Of a DNA stretch of 64,000 bases, positions 48,691 to 62,828 are shown piece after piece. Both the position numbers and the translations under genes were made by a program. Each line of letters begins with the position of its first letter. The stretch's first letter is position 1. Source of the stretch: Scyliorhinus canicula (taxonomy: Eukaryota); NCBI RefSeq assembly GCF_902713615.1, contig NC_052167.1, positions 14,915,983 to 14,979,982 on the forward strand, read 5' to 3'. The notes under the pieces are model-generated. The model ran no database searches, was not told the origin of the DNA, and saw nothing but the letters and a program-made list of their open reading frames with translations.

Positions 48691-50554
48691 TTCACACTCA
48701 AAAAGGCCCCTATACGGGTGGGGAAGGACCCACAAAATCCACCTTAAGCCAGAGCCATCAAATGTGTGACCTCTCAGTCCAGGGTGACTGATAGGCGGTC
48801 TGAAGCTGGTCGCACTTTTCGCCAATTTGAAAGGTGAGACAAAAAGTGGGTCTGCGATGGCAACATGCGATGGTAAACTCGAGAAAAGTCCGGGGAATGG
48901 TTAATAGGCATTATCGGTATGATTCCAGTCTCATTATGCAATGTATTGCCTGCAGCAAAAGAATCATGTTTTTAAAATAATGCACAAAACAGATAATTCC
49001 AAGGTTGAAAAAGATGATTGTGATTGCCATCAAGGAATTGTTTGCTCACTGAGATTTTGATTCCAGTACTGACACAGTGTGTGGGGTGGATTGGCTTAAC
49101 TTGACCTGGTGTCTCGTGGTGAAGCAGAATTGTGGAAAGTGAAGGAGAATGAAGGCCCTACCTGTTTCGGGTTTGGACATGATAACAGGCTAGCTTCTTC
49201 CAAAAATGTAGTCCTCCCTTGCAGGATAGCTGGGGCCAATTTTTTCATCATTATTGATGTGGTCTCTAGTGAGTTACCCATTTTGTTGACTAGATGTTTG
49301 ATGAATAGAACACTGATGACACTAGACATGAAGAATGGCAGAGCAAGTGTGTTCAGGAAAACTGTGGCTCCACATGTTACTAGGTCAGGCCATTACTGCC
49401 TGCCATTAAGGATGCCAGAGATTTCTCACCAAAGAGTTCAGCAAAGCTTGTTAACTTCTGGGAATAAGAATCTATGCACAAAACTGATTATTTGGAAATT
49501 GTATGGACAATTTACATATCAGGTGCGACAAAAACTGAAAGCTGTACTGCAAGATGCTGGGTTGCTTGATAAAGAATATAACAACCCGAAAGACACTACC
49601 ACATCCTTTTGTGAGCTTGCCACAAGCCATGGAATTTAACAATGTAGTGGTAATGGACTTCAAAATGTAGGACAGGGGTCTTTATATTGCGGCACTTTAG
49701 AAATATGGCAGCCAGATTTAGCCTATCCACTGCAATACATAGTGAGGACAAACGGACAATTGTCGATAAGTTCATGGAAAGATGGGTGGGCACAGTATTA
49801 GGAACACCAACAAAACTCCTGATAATGGTGGCGAATTTGTGAATAAGGAATTTTGAGACTTGTGAAAAATTGTACACCATGGTTATGCACACTGCGATTG
49901 AGAGCCCATGCAGGAATACTCTGCGTAAGAGAAACCATGCAGTGATAGATGACATGTTACATAAAATATTGGCCTATCAACCAGAATGCAACAAGACTGG
50001 TGTGGGCAGTACATACAAATAACTCCTTGCAAATGGTTAGGGGTACAATCTGTACCAGTTGGTGTACAGAACAAATCCAAAGTTGCTTTGGTGCAATCAG
50101 ATGCTCCCCCTGTTCTAGAAACTCTGCTTTTTCTGCTCATCTGAAAGCTTTGCATGCAGGTAAGTAGAAAACTTTTATTAAAGCTGAAGTTTCTGAGAAA
50201 ATTCAGCAAACCTTCTGGTACCACATAAGGCCATCGAGATAACAGTCTGGACAAGGAGACATGGTATAACAAAAATGAGGATTATGGAAATATCAGAGGG
50301 ACTAGCAAAGTGTTGGCAGTGATGGAGAAGTAGTGATTGTACAACATGGAAATCAAATTGTTAGGGTACACCTCCAAGATAAATTGGCACTGACTATACC
50401 GTTACAGATTCTGAACAGGACATAGACAGCAAAGAAGTGCCATGCACTTCACATACACACATATTGGGCAGTTATGAAGACTACAGCAGATAGAGGGTTG
50501 ACTGACAATGAACAAAGTAACACTGAAGCACAGGATAAAACTTTGCTGACCACT

Positions 50555-51165
50555 GTATTGCAGAGTCTGATGGCCTATTTGCCTGTCAATGGGAGATTAG
50601 TTACTTATGAATAGCGGAGGTCTGTTTTGTATAAACTGGAGTGGGCAATCAAACAGCCAAGATAATAATGATGGGACCAAGTCTGGAAACCCCAGGAGGG
50701 AACCATTATTTGAGGGGCTGGGCGGAGCTTAGAGAGAGAAAGAACTCTGTTTTAAAAGAAGGCTCTGCAAAATGACCAAGAGAAGTTATGAAAGTGGCAA
50801 CAGAGGCAGGCTTTGTAAAAAGGTTCTGAACAAAATTCCGTAACAGAAGCAAAATTGCTTCGTAAACACAAGTATTGTAATTGCCGTGTAAGTGGAATGA
50901 GAGCTGTGTGACCATTGAAAGTGCTGTTTAATGGAAATTTGTGTGTTAAAGTTAAGAAACTACATGCAATCTGTTACTATTGCATCACAGTTTAAATATT
51001 GTGTTTCTTTTGTTTAATAAAGTTTGTTTACAGAATAACTAATCCCTATTTCTTATGTTGTCATGCCTGGAATGAATTGATCTTTCCGCACCACCATAAA
51101 ACTTTAAGTTGCGGCTCTGGTCCAGTATATTGGCCACTGCTGAGAGCTGACCAAGTGTCTGCAAT
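50555..51165 (+). mobile_element. Probable solo LTR inside the Copia element
   Basis: Non-coding insert with AATAAA at ~51016 that interrupts pol. Confidence 0.4.
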
Positions 51166-52069
51166 AGTACTGAAATACTATCCAAAAGCAATGTGAGAAA
51201 TGTTTGCCCATAGAACACTATGTTGATAACTGGTCTCTTTGGGACAATGTTCACTCAACAAAATGTTTTGCTAAGAATAGACTTAACCAGCATAAAAGAA
51301 ATGTTAGCTAGAAGGGAGATCTCTGAGATACAATGGGTTGACATGTCATCAATTATCAGACTGTTTTATGAAAAGAACTACTTCTCTAAGAAATTACTAA
51401 ACATATTGAAAAATTTCAGAATGGAAAAACAAAATATTTTTACTTCGTAATTATTGTAGGATCTATAATGTGAAAATACATGACTTTGTTTAGGTTGAAA
51501 AAAATGTTCTTGAATCTTTCAAAAGCTTTAATTTAGAAGAAAAATCTGTCAATTATCAGCAATTATATTGTTACACCAACTGCAATGTTAAGATAGCTGA
51601 TAAGCATTGGCTCACCTAGAACGGGACACAGCTGTAACAGTGGGGTGTTGAAAGTACCAAGCAAGTCTGTCACTCTGTTGAACTGTCTTAAGAATAAACA
51701 AACTTGAGGTAAAACATTAGCTTTAGACTTATTCTCCCTCCATATATAATTATTGGAATTGACATGCGCGATGGTGCAAATATATGTGGTCAGAAGCTTA
51801 TCTCGGGGTTAAATGCAATATCAAGGCTGTGAATAGTCTGATTCAGCCTCGAATAGTTGTCATAAAAGCATATAAACTCAAGTACACAATTTGAAGAGTA
51901 CCATATTGTATCTTGAAAGTACACTTCTGTGCCCCATTCACAATTCCTACAACTGAGCAAATATCAATATAAAACCACAATGTCCTCTCTTGATTAAAAT
52001 GTACATCAGTGAATAAAAATTAATCACACTAATTGCTGAAATGGAAATATAGTTATTCAATATATTTTT

Positions 52070-52690
52070 TTGGATACTGGACCAGACCCCAACTTTTGTT
52101 AGGAAACTGGATGAGAACCCCAAACAAAGAAATCACTCTACAATTATCAGTGAAACAGTTCTTTAAAAAAGAAAAAATTGAACTTACAGTCTATACCTGC
52201 TACTAATTCCAATTAAGTGAGCCAATACAGTTCAAATGTCACTTTAAATAAAATTAACAAAAGTTTACCTGCTTATCCTCCAAGAGCAGATCCAATACAC
52301 TTCTGTCTTTGTCAGATTTTGATCCTATGGCAAGCTGCTGTTCAAATTAGAATCTTATACAGACTGCAAAACTACAGACAGACCTGACACCTTCAAATAA
52401 TTACATCACCTGTATCTCACTAAGTTCCATGACCTGATTAACTAGGACTAAATACAATCGCTCATAAATTATCTACATTCCAGGGAACATAAACAATGTT
52501 CAATTAGCTCTTTATCTGTAACCAAATATGTGGCTGGAATCAATGCTTACTTTATTCTTTTATGACACCTTAATTACAGCTTTAGCAGACATTGTGCCTG
52601 TGTGTAATTCAAACCAGGGTTTTAATAACATTACTGCCACAAATATGAAATATGATATGTATGATATGATATTCCTTACATTCATCACAA
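52070..52690 (-). mobile_element. Probable solo LTR
   Basis: tggatactggaccagacc end resembles the reverse complement of the 51115-51130 end; terminates in ...catcaca. Confidence 0.35.
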
Positions 52691-52715
52691 ATTTCATTCC
52701 TCAATAATAAGGTAT

Positions 52716-52920
52716 TGGGGCTGTTTTAGCAGAGAGCTAAATCGCTGGCTTTGAAAGCAGACCAAGGCAGGCCAACAGCACGGTTCAATTCCCGTACCAG
52801 CCTCCCCGAACAGGCGCCAGAATGTGGCGACTAGGGGCTTTTCATAGTAACTTTATTTGAAGCCTACTTGTGACAATAAGCAATTTTCATTTCATTTTTC
52901 ATTTCATTTCATTTCATTTG
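52716..52920 (+). mobile_element. Short tRNA SINE with (TTTCA)n tail
   Basis: ggttcaattcc B box, tgtggcgactaggggcttttca, tttcatttc tail. Confidence 0.85.
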
Positions 52921-53597
52921 AATGCACCTAAATATTTATGTTGACCTCCTTACAAACCTATTTCCACCCCCCGCAAACCACCTGCAACAAAATGAGTAGA
53001 AAATATCTGCTTTGTTCATATGTCTCCACAAACTGTTTAGCAGGAGACTTAGCAATGCTTGTGCAAAACTTTCCTACATTTAAAATGTCCTGCATCAGTC
53101 CACAAGGTATATATTATTGTATATAAATTCTCCTGGGGTTGCTTTTAAGTCCCTTTTCATAGATCAATTAATGCTATCATAGTTTCAGAAATAATTTTCA
53201 TTTCACCTATTTTAGGTCTGGATAAATGCTGTACCATGCAACAAATTGATCTGAATTGGTCACTTCATCTGAATAAACCAGTGCAAATTAATATTGGTAG
53301 CTAGATTGGTTTACAGCACTTTGTTTGAATCTAGTCGTCATTTTAGTCATTAGGTAAGCAGTCAAGAACATGGGGTTGGATGTTTCCCTCTGCAAGTTAT
53401 ACAATATAAACGTCAAATGAATACAAGAAAATACATAACCTACACTCAGAATTTAGGGTTGACAGAGTAAAAAGTTTTTAAATTATGTTGTCATATGAAA
53501 CTATATTTAAAACGAGCAGGCCAATGACTTTTCCCATTCAAGAATAATTTGGAAACCATAATAGAGGAACAGAAATGTAATTCCTTCTAATATTGAA

Positions 53598-53752
53598 AAT
53601 CGCTTATTGTCACAAGTAGGCTTCAACTGAAGTTACTGTGAAAAGCCCCTAGTTGCCACATTCCGGCGCCTGTTCGGGGAGGTTGGTACGGGAATTGAAC
53701 CGTGCTGCTGGCCTGTCTTGGTCTGCTTTTAGCCCTGTGCTAAACAGCCCCT
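53598..53752 (-). mobile_element. Short tRNA SINE, same family as 52716
   Basis: Reverse-complement similarity to 52716-52890. Confidence 0.85.
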
Positions 53753-53864
53753 GTAAAGGAGGGATGTATGGAGGGATCCTTGTGAAGGATAATTAATTTG
53801 TTCAGTTTTGCAAATGTTTGTACCAGAAAATCTCTAAATGAATGACACCAAATTTCTATAGTTT

Positions 53865-54068
53865 TTTTAAAATTTAAAATATCCAATTATTTTTTTCCAA
53901 TTAAGGGGCAATTTAGCATAGCATATTTGGGTTGTGGGGGTGAGACCCACACAAACATGGGGTGAATGTGCAAACTCCCCACGGACAGTGACCCGGGGCC
54001 ATGATCGAACCCCTGTTCCTCGGTGCCGTGAGGCAGCAGTGATAACCACTTCATCATCGTGCCGCCCC
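53865..54068 (-). mobile_element. HE1-like SINE, short variant
   Basis: Reverse complement similar to 11128-11345. Confidence 0.85.
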
Positions 54069-55554
54069 AAATTTCCACAGGTTTAAAGTTAGCATTTGAG
54101 GTAAAGTAAGCCCCATCTTCCTTATTTTGGGATAAAATAATAACTTCTTTAAGATACAATGTACAGAATAACCTCAGTGTTGCTGTATTTAAATTTCAGA
54201 TTATTATGATCTACATTCAAAACCAACTAAAGTAAATGATTGAACATGTACTATATTCATCTTTCCATTTGAGGTGTCGGTGGTTTGTTTATCTTGGACA
54301 TACCATCTGAATAATGGAAGAGATCCATTGTTGTGCAACTTAAGTGTGACATCCAATGGGCAAGCCAGGGGTTCCTAGGTTGATTTGATCTTAGTTTCAG
54401 ACTAGTTGGGCACAACATCGTGGGCCGAAGGGCCTGTACTGTGCTGTAGTTCTATGATACAGTACAGCTGCTTGGAGAGACTTGACATCTAGTGCATTGC
54501 TAAAGCTGTGAAATGTAAGTTTATTGTGCTACTGTTGGTCTGATTGTGTTTCTTGCGAACACATGGTGCAGAAGGTAGGAATATTTAATTCCTCAACATT
54601 GGTAACTCTCACCTTGATGAGCACAAAAAAGTTGCTTCACTCTACCTTCCTAAAAAGAATATTTCAGAATATTATTTATTACAGCTGAAGTAAAAGCAAA
54701 TTTACCAGTAGACATTTGACATACAGCAATTTTCATTTGAAGTGAAGATCAGTTACTTTTAGTGGAATTTTTCTATGCTGAATATAACATATACTTTTAA
54801 ATAACTATTTTCTATATTGGATAACTTTGTGCGTTTTACTATGATGTGCTAGTTCGCAAAGGTCAGTAAATTAGCTCAGCAATCTAATCTGGTTGAATTA
54901 GCATTTCAAGTGTAATTTTTTATTTCATACATCTATAAATTTTTTTGAACGTTTGTCAAAACTGCAAAAAGAGTTTAATGAGTATTTCTATGATAGAATA
55001 GTACAACTTTTAAACTTGCATGTATGTTATCTTCAACTGCTACAGGAGCTTCAAGCCATCAATGATATTCCTGCCAGATATACCCATATGGTCTCAACTG
55101 AAATAATGCAATTAAGACATGTACATTCCAGCAAACAATTGATATGAACACATAAGAAGCATCATAACTAACATTATTTGCTCTGTTATCAAAGAGAAAG
55201 ACTAAAAAAAGATCACCAGAGGCTGCTTGTACACATCTATGGAAGAAGGCAGGATAATTTACAGATAAAAGCATCTTTCCAGGATTCAGTAAGCAGCATT
55301 GCAGGACATAGAACAGACAGCAAAAGAAACAACAAAAATCAATGTGATGGCTTGTGTAACTCTTCCTAAATAAACAATAAGTTAGCATGCTAAAACATTT
55401 GACCATTTTATTGTGGCACTCTTGAAAAATACTGTGATTGCCCAGATTTCAATATTCTTTAACAATGTTAGGAAATTATTGCAGCTGAGTGACGCGTATC
55501 CCACAACTATAATGAATGGAGGAGCTCCAGATACATTTCATACCCAGGCTACTG

Positions 55555-55810
55555 CAGAACAAAGAACATTACAGCACAGGAATGGGCCCTTTGGCCCACA
55601 AAGCTTGCACCGATTCAGATTCCTTATTTAGACTTACTACTTATTATTGCCCAAACGATCTGTATCGCTTAATTTCCCGCACGTTCATGTGTCTATAAAT
55701 ATCCATCTTAAACGTTGTTATCGTGCCTGCCTCCACCACCTCCACTGGTAACATGATCCAGGCACCCATCATCCTCGGCATGAAAAACTTTCCCCGCACA
55801 TCTCTCAAAT
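55555..55810 (-). mobile_element. CR1-like LINE 3' end
   Basis: agaacaaagaacattacagcacagga..ggcccttggccc is the reverse complement of a tail shared with HE1 SINEs. Confidence 0.65.
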
Positions 55811-56354
55811 GAACACCATGAATATCTATGTCAGGTATTAAGTGTCTTGATAGTTGACCGACCGTTTAAAAAATAATCAGTGGGCCAAATGGCCTGTTTT
55901 TGTTTCTGGAGAATTCTATGAATGTTATTCAATTAATTAAGTTAACCAAATTCAGGACTTGCCACGCAAAATTTATTGACCAATGATAATGATTCTACTC
56001 CATTGACTTTAGAATTAATTAACTGGCCAGATATATTTGTGATTGACCACATGGGAGAAGAATTAAAATACTTCCTATTTCTGACACAGCACCATGATTT
56101 ATGATTAACCTGTGCCCAGTCCGCTAAGAAAGGCAGCATGAAAACTTTGCTCACACTCATTTGAATGGTTTTAGTGTGCAGTCGAGCATGACCCACGGTG
56201 CTGACTGGCCGCCTGCTGAAAAGGGGGCCTGCAGCATGTGTTTTAGCTAGCCCATATGGCTTAAAAGGTGTCTGGCCCTCTTAAAGAGCAGCTGGATTAA
56301 TTACAGAAGCTGTTACTGACTGTCTTCAGAATAATTGGTTAGAAGGAGAAACAT

Positions 56355-56595
56355 ACTAAATGGAGCACTTGGAAATAGAGAGGGCCCCCAGGTTTTCTGA
56401 CATTGTGCTGTAAGCATTAGTATAAGATGCAATGTTTTACGCAGGGGACCAGGAGGCCATCAATGCAAACTTCAAGAAGGCAATGTAAGCATCTGACCAG
56501 CAAGGCCAATTTTCAGAGTCTGGTTCTGAGTATCTGGCAGCAGCACCAAAATAAGTTCAATGATCTTACACCGGTACTCAAGGTCAGTGAATGCA
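56355..56595 (+). mobile_element. PIF/Harbinger Myb/SANT-like ORF remnant
   Basis: RAPRFSD..L and KFNDL motifs typical of Harbinger accessory proteins. Confidence 0.55.
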
Positions 56596-56599
56596 TTTC

Positions 56600-57535
56600 T
56601 GTTACAATCAGGTGAGGTGGGGTTGAATGACTCCCCTCTTTTCCCTCTGACTGTTTGACTGCAACATGTTTTTTTTAAGGATATATTGCCAATTCAATGA
56701 GTGTTCACCTGTTTACACACTGCAATCACAAAAAGAACAAATTGGACAGGTTTCCTCAGGTTTAACAAAAGAAGAGGTTAGCTTTATTACACTTACATCA
56801 ATCTAAGTAAATTAATAAAATATGTTCTGCCTTTCACAGACACACACATCAATAGATTAGAGTGGGAATGATACATTAATCATATTAAAGTCCAGAGAAA
56901 TAAAGTCCAGAGAAATAAAAGGGATATACAGTCTGTAGTTTGGGGATTAGCCTGGCTTCAGACTGAATTTGGTGACGCTTCTCATTTAAAGATGTTGGCA
57001 GCTGATTTGGTTGGAGCATCCCTTGATGGTCGCAGATAGCAAACATGTTTCAAAGCCTGCAAAGAGAGAGAAGGAGGAAGGAGGGATCCCACTGGGGTCT
57101 TTTCTCATCAGTGTCTCAGCTGCTTGTCCTGCTTACTGCAGAGAAAGCAGAGGTGTTTACGCACAGAGGATGGGCCAGTCACAAGACTGTCACCCAATAA
57201 TTCAAACATGGTCATGACTAAGGGTATTTCTTCTTATAACTTAATAAATTCATGTCTGGTAACCCTCTGTCAAATATCCCAGGTGATGATGCCGTACTAA
57301 CGGGAGCAGGATATATGGATTATTCATATTTGTCCTGAGGTCATTATCCATAATGGGCTTTTGCAAATGTGGGATGTCCGTCAATTTGGAGAACAGTGAT
57401 AGCCAACTGATGGTAGCCATCTTAGTTCCACTTTTAGTTTGTGTTTTAAAAAGTCTTTGTTATTAAAAGATTAGTTCGGTTTTCCAATCTATGAATTCAA
57501 AATCATTATTTGACATAAAGCATGTTTTCATGACA
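56600..57535. mobile_element. Probable solo LTR (~930 bp, TG...CA)
   Basis: tgttac...atgaca termini; interrupts the Harbinger remnant; no clear TSD. Confidence 0.4.
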
Positions 57536-58482
57536 ATGTTCACAGAACATCTTCTACTCAACCTCTCATGCTGCTTAATGCACCACACCAACTTAATTCA
57601 TGGATCTTGCCCTCCAGCAGATTACTAGAATTGCTAAAGCACTGCCTCAAGGGAGTGACAGGGTCCTCTCTCAGGAAGACAACATCTGTTTTCCCATCAC
57701 TGCCATTCCACCCATCAGCCATCCTAGATTGCTGTCACCCATGCCAAAGTGATGCAGTATGAAGCTGGACCCTTGAGGCCCAGAATTGCTTGAGGATAGC
57801 CTGAGCGTCAATCTTCAGTCTCCACCAGTAAAAAGTCCTCCTCGAACCATGTTGCAGCAACTTGGGTAGCATTGTGTACGAGTAAAAAATAGGCAAATGC
57901 ACCTGCTAGATATGCACTGAGGGGAGACACAAGGATGAGTCCCATAGATCGTTGTGTAAAGGTTGGCCTAGCATACAAGCCAACCCTCTCTTCAGCCAAA
58001 AAAGTTATGTTTTTGCATACACACTGTCTATACGTTGACCCCTCATTTCAGCCACAACATACTGTACTTGCATGAGTAATCAGCCTCAATTTGTCACCTG
58101 AAAATTCAATGTTTTACTCACTGGTATCGAGTCAACCCAATTTTTGGAGAGATTTGTCAAAACTTAAAGAGGTCAACTTATACGCCAGCATCCAGAGTAA
58201 TTCAATTTTTACATATTCTGGAATGTGTTGTTGGCTAATGTTGTTATGGAAAGGTTTGTTGTTGGTTGCTTTTATTTCACGATGTAGACTAAGAGGATGT
58301 TATGATGGTATATCACATATGGATTGAAAAATGGGGAGGAACGGTGAAGCTAGAATGAAATCTAAAGGGAACTAGAGTCTCAGTAGCTGCTCACAGAGAA
58401 CATGTCCTGGATGCTTCCTTCCTGCCTCCTCCTGATGAGGTGGCCTCAAAATGCCTGGTGGCAAGAGCTGCATCCTCATGAT

Positions 58483-58780
58483 GGGGCGGCACAGTGGTTA
58501 GCACTGTTGCTTTACAGCACCAGGGTCCTGCATTCGAATTCCTCTTGCGTCACTGTTTGTGCAGTCTGCACGATCTCCCTGTGTCTGCATGGGTTTCCTC
58601 CAGGTGCTCCAGTTTCATCCCACAAGTCCCGTGCTGTTAGGTGAATTGGACATTCTGAATTCTCCCTCAGTGTACTCGAACAGGTGCCGCAGTGTGGCGA
58701 CTAGGGGATTGTCACAATATCTTCATTGCAGTGTTAATGTAAGCCTACTTGTGACAATAATGAAGATTATTTAAGATTAT
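58483..58780 (+). mobile_element. tRNA SINE
   Basis: gggcggcacagtggttagcactg head and gcctacttgtgacaataa tail. Confidence 0.8.
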
Positions 58781-60339
58781 TTATGGTGAGTTTGCAAAGG
58801 ATGCAAAAAGCTACCATGAATCTGGACACCCAACCTGATGAGAACTGTTAGGCTTACCCCAAAGAATCCAAGCAGAAGAATCCTTGCTCCAGGACAGCAA
58901 TGGTCTGTTCCACCTGTTCCTGTAGCTACATGATTCTTGCTGAAGGTGTGCTGTCCTTGCATGGTCAGGTGAAAAGGCAAATCCTACTCCAGGTGTATAG
59001 ACAGTATCCCTTTGTCACCAAGCAACCAGCCTTTGGTTCATCCTGGTAGCCTAAAGAAGGCACGAATAGTTGACTGCCTCAGGGTGAAGAACTCATGGCT
59101 GTTGCCAGGACAGACATGTTCCGTTCATGTTCCAACACCATCTGTAGGTTGATGGACACTTACTCCTTCTCATGTCTGCATTAGATGGTTCCCTGCATCA
59201 TTGGAAATCCCACTACCCTAACCCAAACACATTCTCCGTCCTCTGCTCCACTTTGGTAAGAGAGAAGAAAATAGAGTCCCTCCCCCCTCTTCCTGGCATA
59301 TAGAGCCTCAGTCACCATCCTAATGCAGCAATTGATGGTGAACTGGAAAACATTTGATGTTGCCTGATCCTGTCCGGAAAGAAATTAAGAGTGATGATGA
59401 TTTTGATGTTCAATGGCATCATCATTCTTGCCTTGCTGTAGGTCCTTGGTGAATTGTAGGTGCCTCAGGCTCAGGGGTTTCTGTCTGAGGGAGAGGTATG
59501 AGAATTGTTCCCTGAATATCCTTGGTGAGAGTCCTCTTTCTGCTCCCTGTGCACACAAATTTTCCCACTGCAGCCTGAGCTTTATGACCCTATTGTGTTG
59601 CAGCCGAAGAAGCATTGTAACTACAGCCCCATAACTCTAGCAGGAATTCTGTTAACCATGCAAAAAATCCTCTGACCTGGTGAGGTTGCAACAATGCACA
59701 AGTCCTGATGTAAGGACATGCTAGCTGAAAGCCAAGTTCAAGCTTCCAATCGTGTGCTTTTGAAGTTCTTTGCTGCAGGCGCTGCGCAGAAGCAGCTGAA
59801 TGCGAAATCATGGGACAACGCTAACTTGGCCTGCTTGCCCCGATGTTAGGTAAGCTTTTACGCTTGTTTATTTTATTTCCCATCCAGAATCATCAACCAC
59901 AGGCAGGAGACATCAGTGAGCATCTTCAAGGTGTGTTAATCTTTTATAATAGTGTTTATAAATATATTTAAAATGCACATAAAGTGAAAGAAAGAAAGTT
60001 TTCTGGTACGGCACGCCCTCTCCGGCAGCAGGATCCCTGGTGCCAGCAGCCGACCAATGGGGTTTCACGTTGTGGCCACCCCATGCTGTCGGGAAATCCG
60101 CAGGTGTGAGTTTGCTGTCGGCAAAGTGGAGGATCCCGCCGACGGAGAATCCTGCCCATATGTGTTTTTTTTTAAATTTGGCTTGTCATGGAGCTGTTAA
60201 TTCCATTAAAAAGCATTAAAAATGTATATAGTGAGTTTGGAGTCGGAGTGAAAAAAATATTTTTTAAGAATCTATAATGGATAGAGTGGGTTTAGAGTGT
60301 ATGTAACCTTCAGCAATCACGCGTTAACGAGTAAGATTG

Positions 60340-60785
60340 TCAACGTAAAAAAAAGTGTTATTGGTCATGGGTTTGACCGTACACGGCTGGTGTTTCCGGA
60401 ATTTGGGATCATTCCTTGGACTCTAGATCACTGGCCTTAGGCTCTTTTTCCTCTTGCTGCCTGGTGTCTTCGAAGAATTGTGTCTCTTCAATCAGGTCTC
60501 TTTTGAGCAAGGATCTCCCAGGCATTGACGTCTATGTTGCATTTCTTGAGGTAAGCCTTCAGGGAGCCTTTGAAGTGCTTCCTTTGTTCTCTTCTTGATC
60601 AGCAGCCTGCCTTGAGCTGCGAGAAAATGATTTGCTTTGGCAGTCGGGATTCTGACATCCTAAGCACGTGGCCGGCCCTGTGGAGCTGGTTTCAGATAAT
60701 CATGGCCTTGATGCTGGTGCTCTTGGCTACTTCAAGGACACTGATGTTAGTATGCCTGTCTTCCCAGCTGATGCGGAGCTAAAGT
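60340..60785 (-). mobile_element. RTE-clade LINE 3' fragment
   Basis: Minus-strand WAGHV.RM...LPKQI and KHFKGSLK-like RTE C-terminal motifs. Confidence 0.6.
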
Positions 60786-61029
60786 ATATTTGGGTTTTGC
60801 AATGTATTTTAAGCTGTGTTGTTTAAGAATCTCCCTGATGTAATGTCGATCCTTACAAGCCTCAGTGATTACTTAAAATGCCTGAGCAAAATTCAGTGCC
60901 TTAGCTGACATATGCATGCCTCCTGTAAGATAATGTGAACTATCTCTCAGACAGTTATTGCAGAATCCAGTGCGGATTCAAAATCTGGAGTCGGGTTACA
61001 TTTCTGCCTGGTGAGGAAGTGAATCAATT

Positions 61030-61330
61030 ACCTACCCCTGAGAGTGTACAGACAAAGGACATCTTATGAAATAATGTCAAAGGCGACGTGTGCCAGGAGA
61101 CTGCACTTCAGCAAAGATGCAATGAGCCATCTTTGTAAAATGTTGATGGAAGACTTGAAGTTGAACTCGAACTGTCAACGATGAAACTCACGACAGTTGT
61201 GCGTTGTGCAGCTCTTCAGCATGGACTTGCCACCAGAGATGGAGGAGCTGCATGAGGGCAATATGGAGCCTGGTGCGGACTACCTCCTGGTGCAGGTGAG
61301 GAAGCCTAGGCTCCAGGTAATGAAAGGGCA
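61030..61330 (+). mobile_element. Harbinger (HARBI1-like) transposase fragment
   Basis: Manual translation RVYRQRTSYEIMSKATCARRLHFSKDAMSHLCKMLMEDL. Confidence 0.6.
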
Positions 61331-62187
61331 GTTAAAGATCGCCTGGCAGCTGCCACTTTTAGACATTTAATTGTCCCTCCCCCCTCTGTCCTATTTACAA
61401 AAAGGCAAATAGCCATTCTGTCAAAGTAAAAAATATATTTTATTGATTGTTGTGATCAAATGAAAAAATATATTTTATAGCATGAAATTTGGAAAGTTGA
61501 GGTAGTTATTAAACAAAATGTCATACTGCAGCTGAAATGTTAACATCGTATCAAAGTTTTGTATTTATAACATAATATTTGTTAATAAATGTTTTTCATT
61601 AAACTTTACAAACTCCTAAAAATGTCTTATTCAAACATCAAATCACAACATTTAAATATTAGATCATTATAACTGAACAAGATATTTGAAGTAAACAAGG
61701 CAGAAAATACTAATGGTAAACACCAATGAAAAAGAAAATTGATGTTTCAAAACGCTTTTTACATAAAGGTGGTGGCCAGCTGCACAGAACAATTAAAAAC
61801 AGAGCATGTATAAGAAAAGGAGGTTTTGCCTGCAGAAAGAAATGGAAATGTCAAGCACAGACAGTTGAAAACTTGTGCCCTAGGACGAGGTCAGAAACAT
61901 CTCCAAGGTAATAGCATTTTAAAGTTAGCAAGGAGAAGGTCTCATTTACACCGGATAGGCTCATTCATTCTAGCATAACTTATGTTACTTCATTTTTGAC
62001 ACCCTCAGAAAGTTAGCATACAGCCATCATTGTGTATTATCAAGATTGCATTTGATACATCAATAACTGAGTAGACATAACAATGATTATTCCCTTTCTT
62101 AACTTTTAGTGGGAAACTAGGATTTAAAGTTTTGGCAATTTTTTTTATCTCTTAGGGTATATACAGATATATATGTATCCAACTCAT

Positions 62188-62828
62188 TGGCCGGGATTCT
62201 TCGAGCCTCCACACTGCAATCGTGCCCGGCGCGGGGGCGGAGTATGGGGCCTCGGACCCGCGATGCCTTCGCGTGATTCTCCGGCAACCGGAAATTTGCC
62301 GGCAGGCGCACGCGCGCGGTCGACCCAGCACCAGTCGGGGGCCGTTGAAAGAGGCCCCCCGCAGCGATTCTCTGTGAACGACCAGCCGAGTTCCCGCCGG
62401 TGAGGTTCACGTATGGTTCCACCCGGCGGGAGCTCGGAGTTGCGGCTGCGGTGGCCGTCCTGGTGGAGGGGGGGATGCGTCACTTGGGGGGCGCCTCCAC
62501 CACAGCCAGGCCCGCGATCGGGGGCCACCAATCGGCGGGTGTGCGAGATCTGGTGGGGGGCTATTTCTTCGGCGCGGCCCGCTGTGTAGGTCCGTCATGT
62601 TGCGCGGGGCTGCCGTCGCAGGCAGCCGCTGCGTGCATGCGCGGACCCATGGCTGGAAGTGCAGGGCCCCGTATTTTGTAGCCGGAGCTGCGTGGAGCAC
62701 TCCAGGGCCCTACAAGACCTTTAAAAACGGAGAATCACCCCGGACTTTCTAGAAAAAAGTCCGGAGTGATTCGCGCCCGTTTTCTAACAGGCGTGGGGAC
62801 ATAGCCCCATTATTGGAGAATCCTGCCC
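62188..62828. mobile_element. GC-rich non-autonomous DNA transposon (MITE-like, probably Harbinger)
   Basis: Imperfect TIRs ggccgggattcttc / ggagaatcctgccc; shorter relatives at ~59995-60158 and ~62845-63010. Confidence 0.65.

Larger units (their letters stand above)
36607..51764 (+). mobile_element. Ty1/Copia-order (GalEa-like) LTR retrotransposon, old, heavily interrupted
   Basis: Homologous TG..CA LTRs at 36607-36821 and 51547-51764. PBS TGGTAACAGTGGAT at 36822 resembles the tRNA-iMet complement. Gag-like start ~36934, protease ~49050-49400, integrase ~49480-50200, Copia-type RNase H end (LLRIDLTSIKEML..EISEIQWV) ~51200-51400, purine tract before the 3' LTR. Confidence 0.72.

Noticed and set aside
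54953-55147. Possible exon of a downstream gene (acceptor-like ctacAG at ~55045)
   Set aside because: The peptide is not recognisable as COMTD1, VDAC2 or any other known neighbour, and there is no convincing donor
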